Made by a program: the position numbers and the translations under genes. The notes under the pieces are model-generated. The model worked only from the letters and a program-made list of their open reading frames with translations, had not been told where the DNA came from and did not search any database. Of a stretch of 64,000 nt of DNA, positions 62,650-64,000 are shown piece after piece. The first letter of the stretch is position 1; the number at the start of each line of letters is the position of its first letter. The DNA is from Utricularia gibba (Eukaryota > Plantae > Magnoliophyta): contig NEEC01000026.1 of NCBI GenBank assembly GCA_002189035.1, positions 124,001 through 188,000 of the forward strand, written 5' to 3'.

Positions 62650-64000
62650 TGATGGCACTATCTATTTTTTTGACAATACTAAGGTAAGTAAGAGCTTTGG
62701 TTCATGGGTTATGCTTTGAGTGATTTGGATTTTAAATCACTCATTGTAGGATAATTGAACTGTATGTTGTTGATCCCTAAAGTACATTTTTCCTGCTTTG
62801 TTTCCTTCATTGTAGGACAATAGAGATGCTTAACTCAATGGCTATGAAAGAATGTAGCAAAAAAAACCAAATGAAATTAGAAGTCTAAAGAGAAGAAGTA
62901 TCTGTTATAGGACTTGAAGCAAATATTGAAAAATAATTGAAAGACCAAGAGCGGATTCAGAGGTAGAGATTATCTAGTGTTGCAATCAACTGAAAATCTT
63001 ATCATTGTTGGCTTTAAGTCTTGGTTGTGCCATCATAAAATCTGATGCACACCCCTCTGCATGTATGGTCTACTGCATTCAGCTCATTTAATGTTTTTTT
63101 ATATTATATCATAGTAAAATTAATTTGGGTTGTAGTAAAGAATCTTCTCAACTTGAATGCTTCACTTACTCTCTTTCGGTTCCTCCTAATAGCCCTCTTG
63201 ATTTCAGAATAGAAATCAAAATCAACTTTATAAGAAGAACACAAATGAATCAAATGAAACACACAACAATTAAATACTATTCCCCGGCAGCGGCAGCAAT
63301 TTCATAAATGAAAAATTCACACTCATCATATAAAAGAAAATTTCATGTATTAAATAAATTTATAAACATAATTCACAATCAATCATAATATAATTATGAG
63401 CATAGTGGAATTAAGGTCAAACATAAGTAGTAGTGTATTTGTTGTGTGAGGTTGATACATTCTATTTTTATCACGATAAAGATTAAGTGTAAGCTATGAC
63501 TAATACAATTATATGATAAAGTGTCGCAATAAATGAGTAAAATAGATTTATACCTAAAAGGAAACAATGTGATGTCTTGAAACTTTTAGTAACAACATTC
63601 TCATGATCATTTCACTCCACCCAAAAATCATGCATCTAACCAACAAAACTTTAAATCTATCTAAATCTTTGTTTTTCCCTAATCTTTATACTACTTCTAG
63701 TTAAAGTTGACTTATGATAAATGTAACATAATTTTCTCTTTTTGGATCTATCTAGATTTGTTAAGAATATAATCTAATTATATGGCTAGCATGGTTTATA
63801 AAACAATGAGCATACTTGTCCCATACTCATGTAGAAGAAGAATAAAACTAATACATAAAACATCATCCACAATATGTTCAAGTCGCAATCTCATTAAAGA
63901 AAAAACATAAATAGTAATGAAAATGTAAAAGTTTCATGCAAAATACGATAACGTTTGAAGTTTACTTTCAACTAGAATTAACATTCCTGAATAGAAGAAG
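62650..64000 (-). mobile_element. 5' end of a decayed Athila-like element (LTR part to the window end, PBS, gag start)
   Basis: PBS-like TTGCTGCCGCTGCCGGGGA at 63299-63281, followed by the gag-start-like peptide DFDFYSEIKRAIRRNRKR. The left boundary is uncertain. Confidence 0.65.

Overview
Flowering-plant (probably eudicot) nuclear DNA with three compartments. (1) About 1-38.9 kb is a gene-free, AT-rich block of nested, decayed transposons: a hAT end with transposase remnant, Copia fragments, Athila-like Ty3/gypsy elements, at least six solo LTRs with readable 5-bp target-site duplications, a Tat/Retand-like LTR element keeping only its antisense ORF, a complete Tourist-type MITE, and tandem repeats. 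(2) About 39-61 kb is a compact gene island with six recognisable genes and short introns: an At1g30200/At5g46170-type F-box gene, an At4g31530-like NAD(P)-binding Rossmann gene, pseudouridine-5'-phosphate glycosidase (PUMY), the GRAS factor SCL3, a DDT-PHD chromatin protein (At5g12400/PTM family) and a CCCH-RRM zinc-finger gene. (3) About 62.3-64 kb returns to transposon DNA (5' end of an Athila-like element). Three genes each carry a 1-bp shortfall in a C/G homopolymer, most likely an assembly artefact. I found no rRNA, tRNA, CRISPR array or confidently recognisable miRNA, and no convincingly new biological system. The best leads are the solo-LTR density and nesting order, the antisense-ORF-only retroelement, and stop-free in-frame introns, one of them GC-AG. 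All coordinates were read by eye; family names come from remembered motifs, not database searches.
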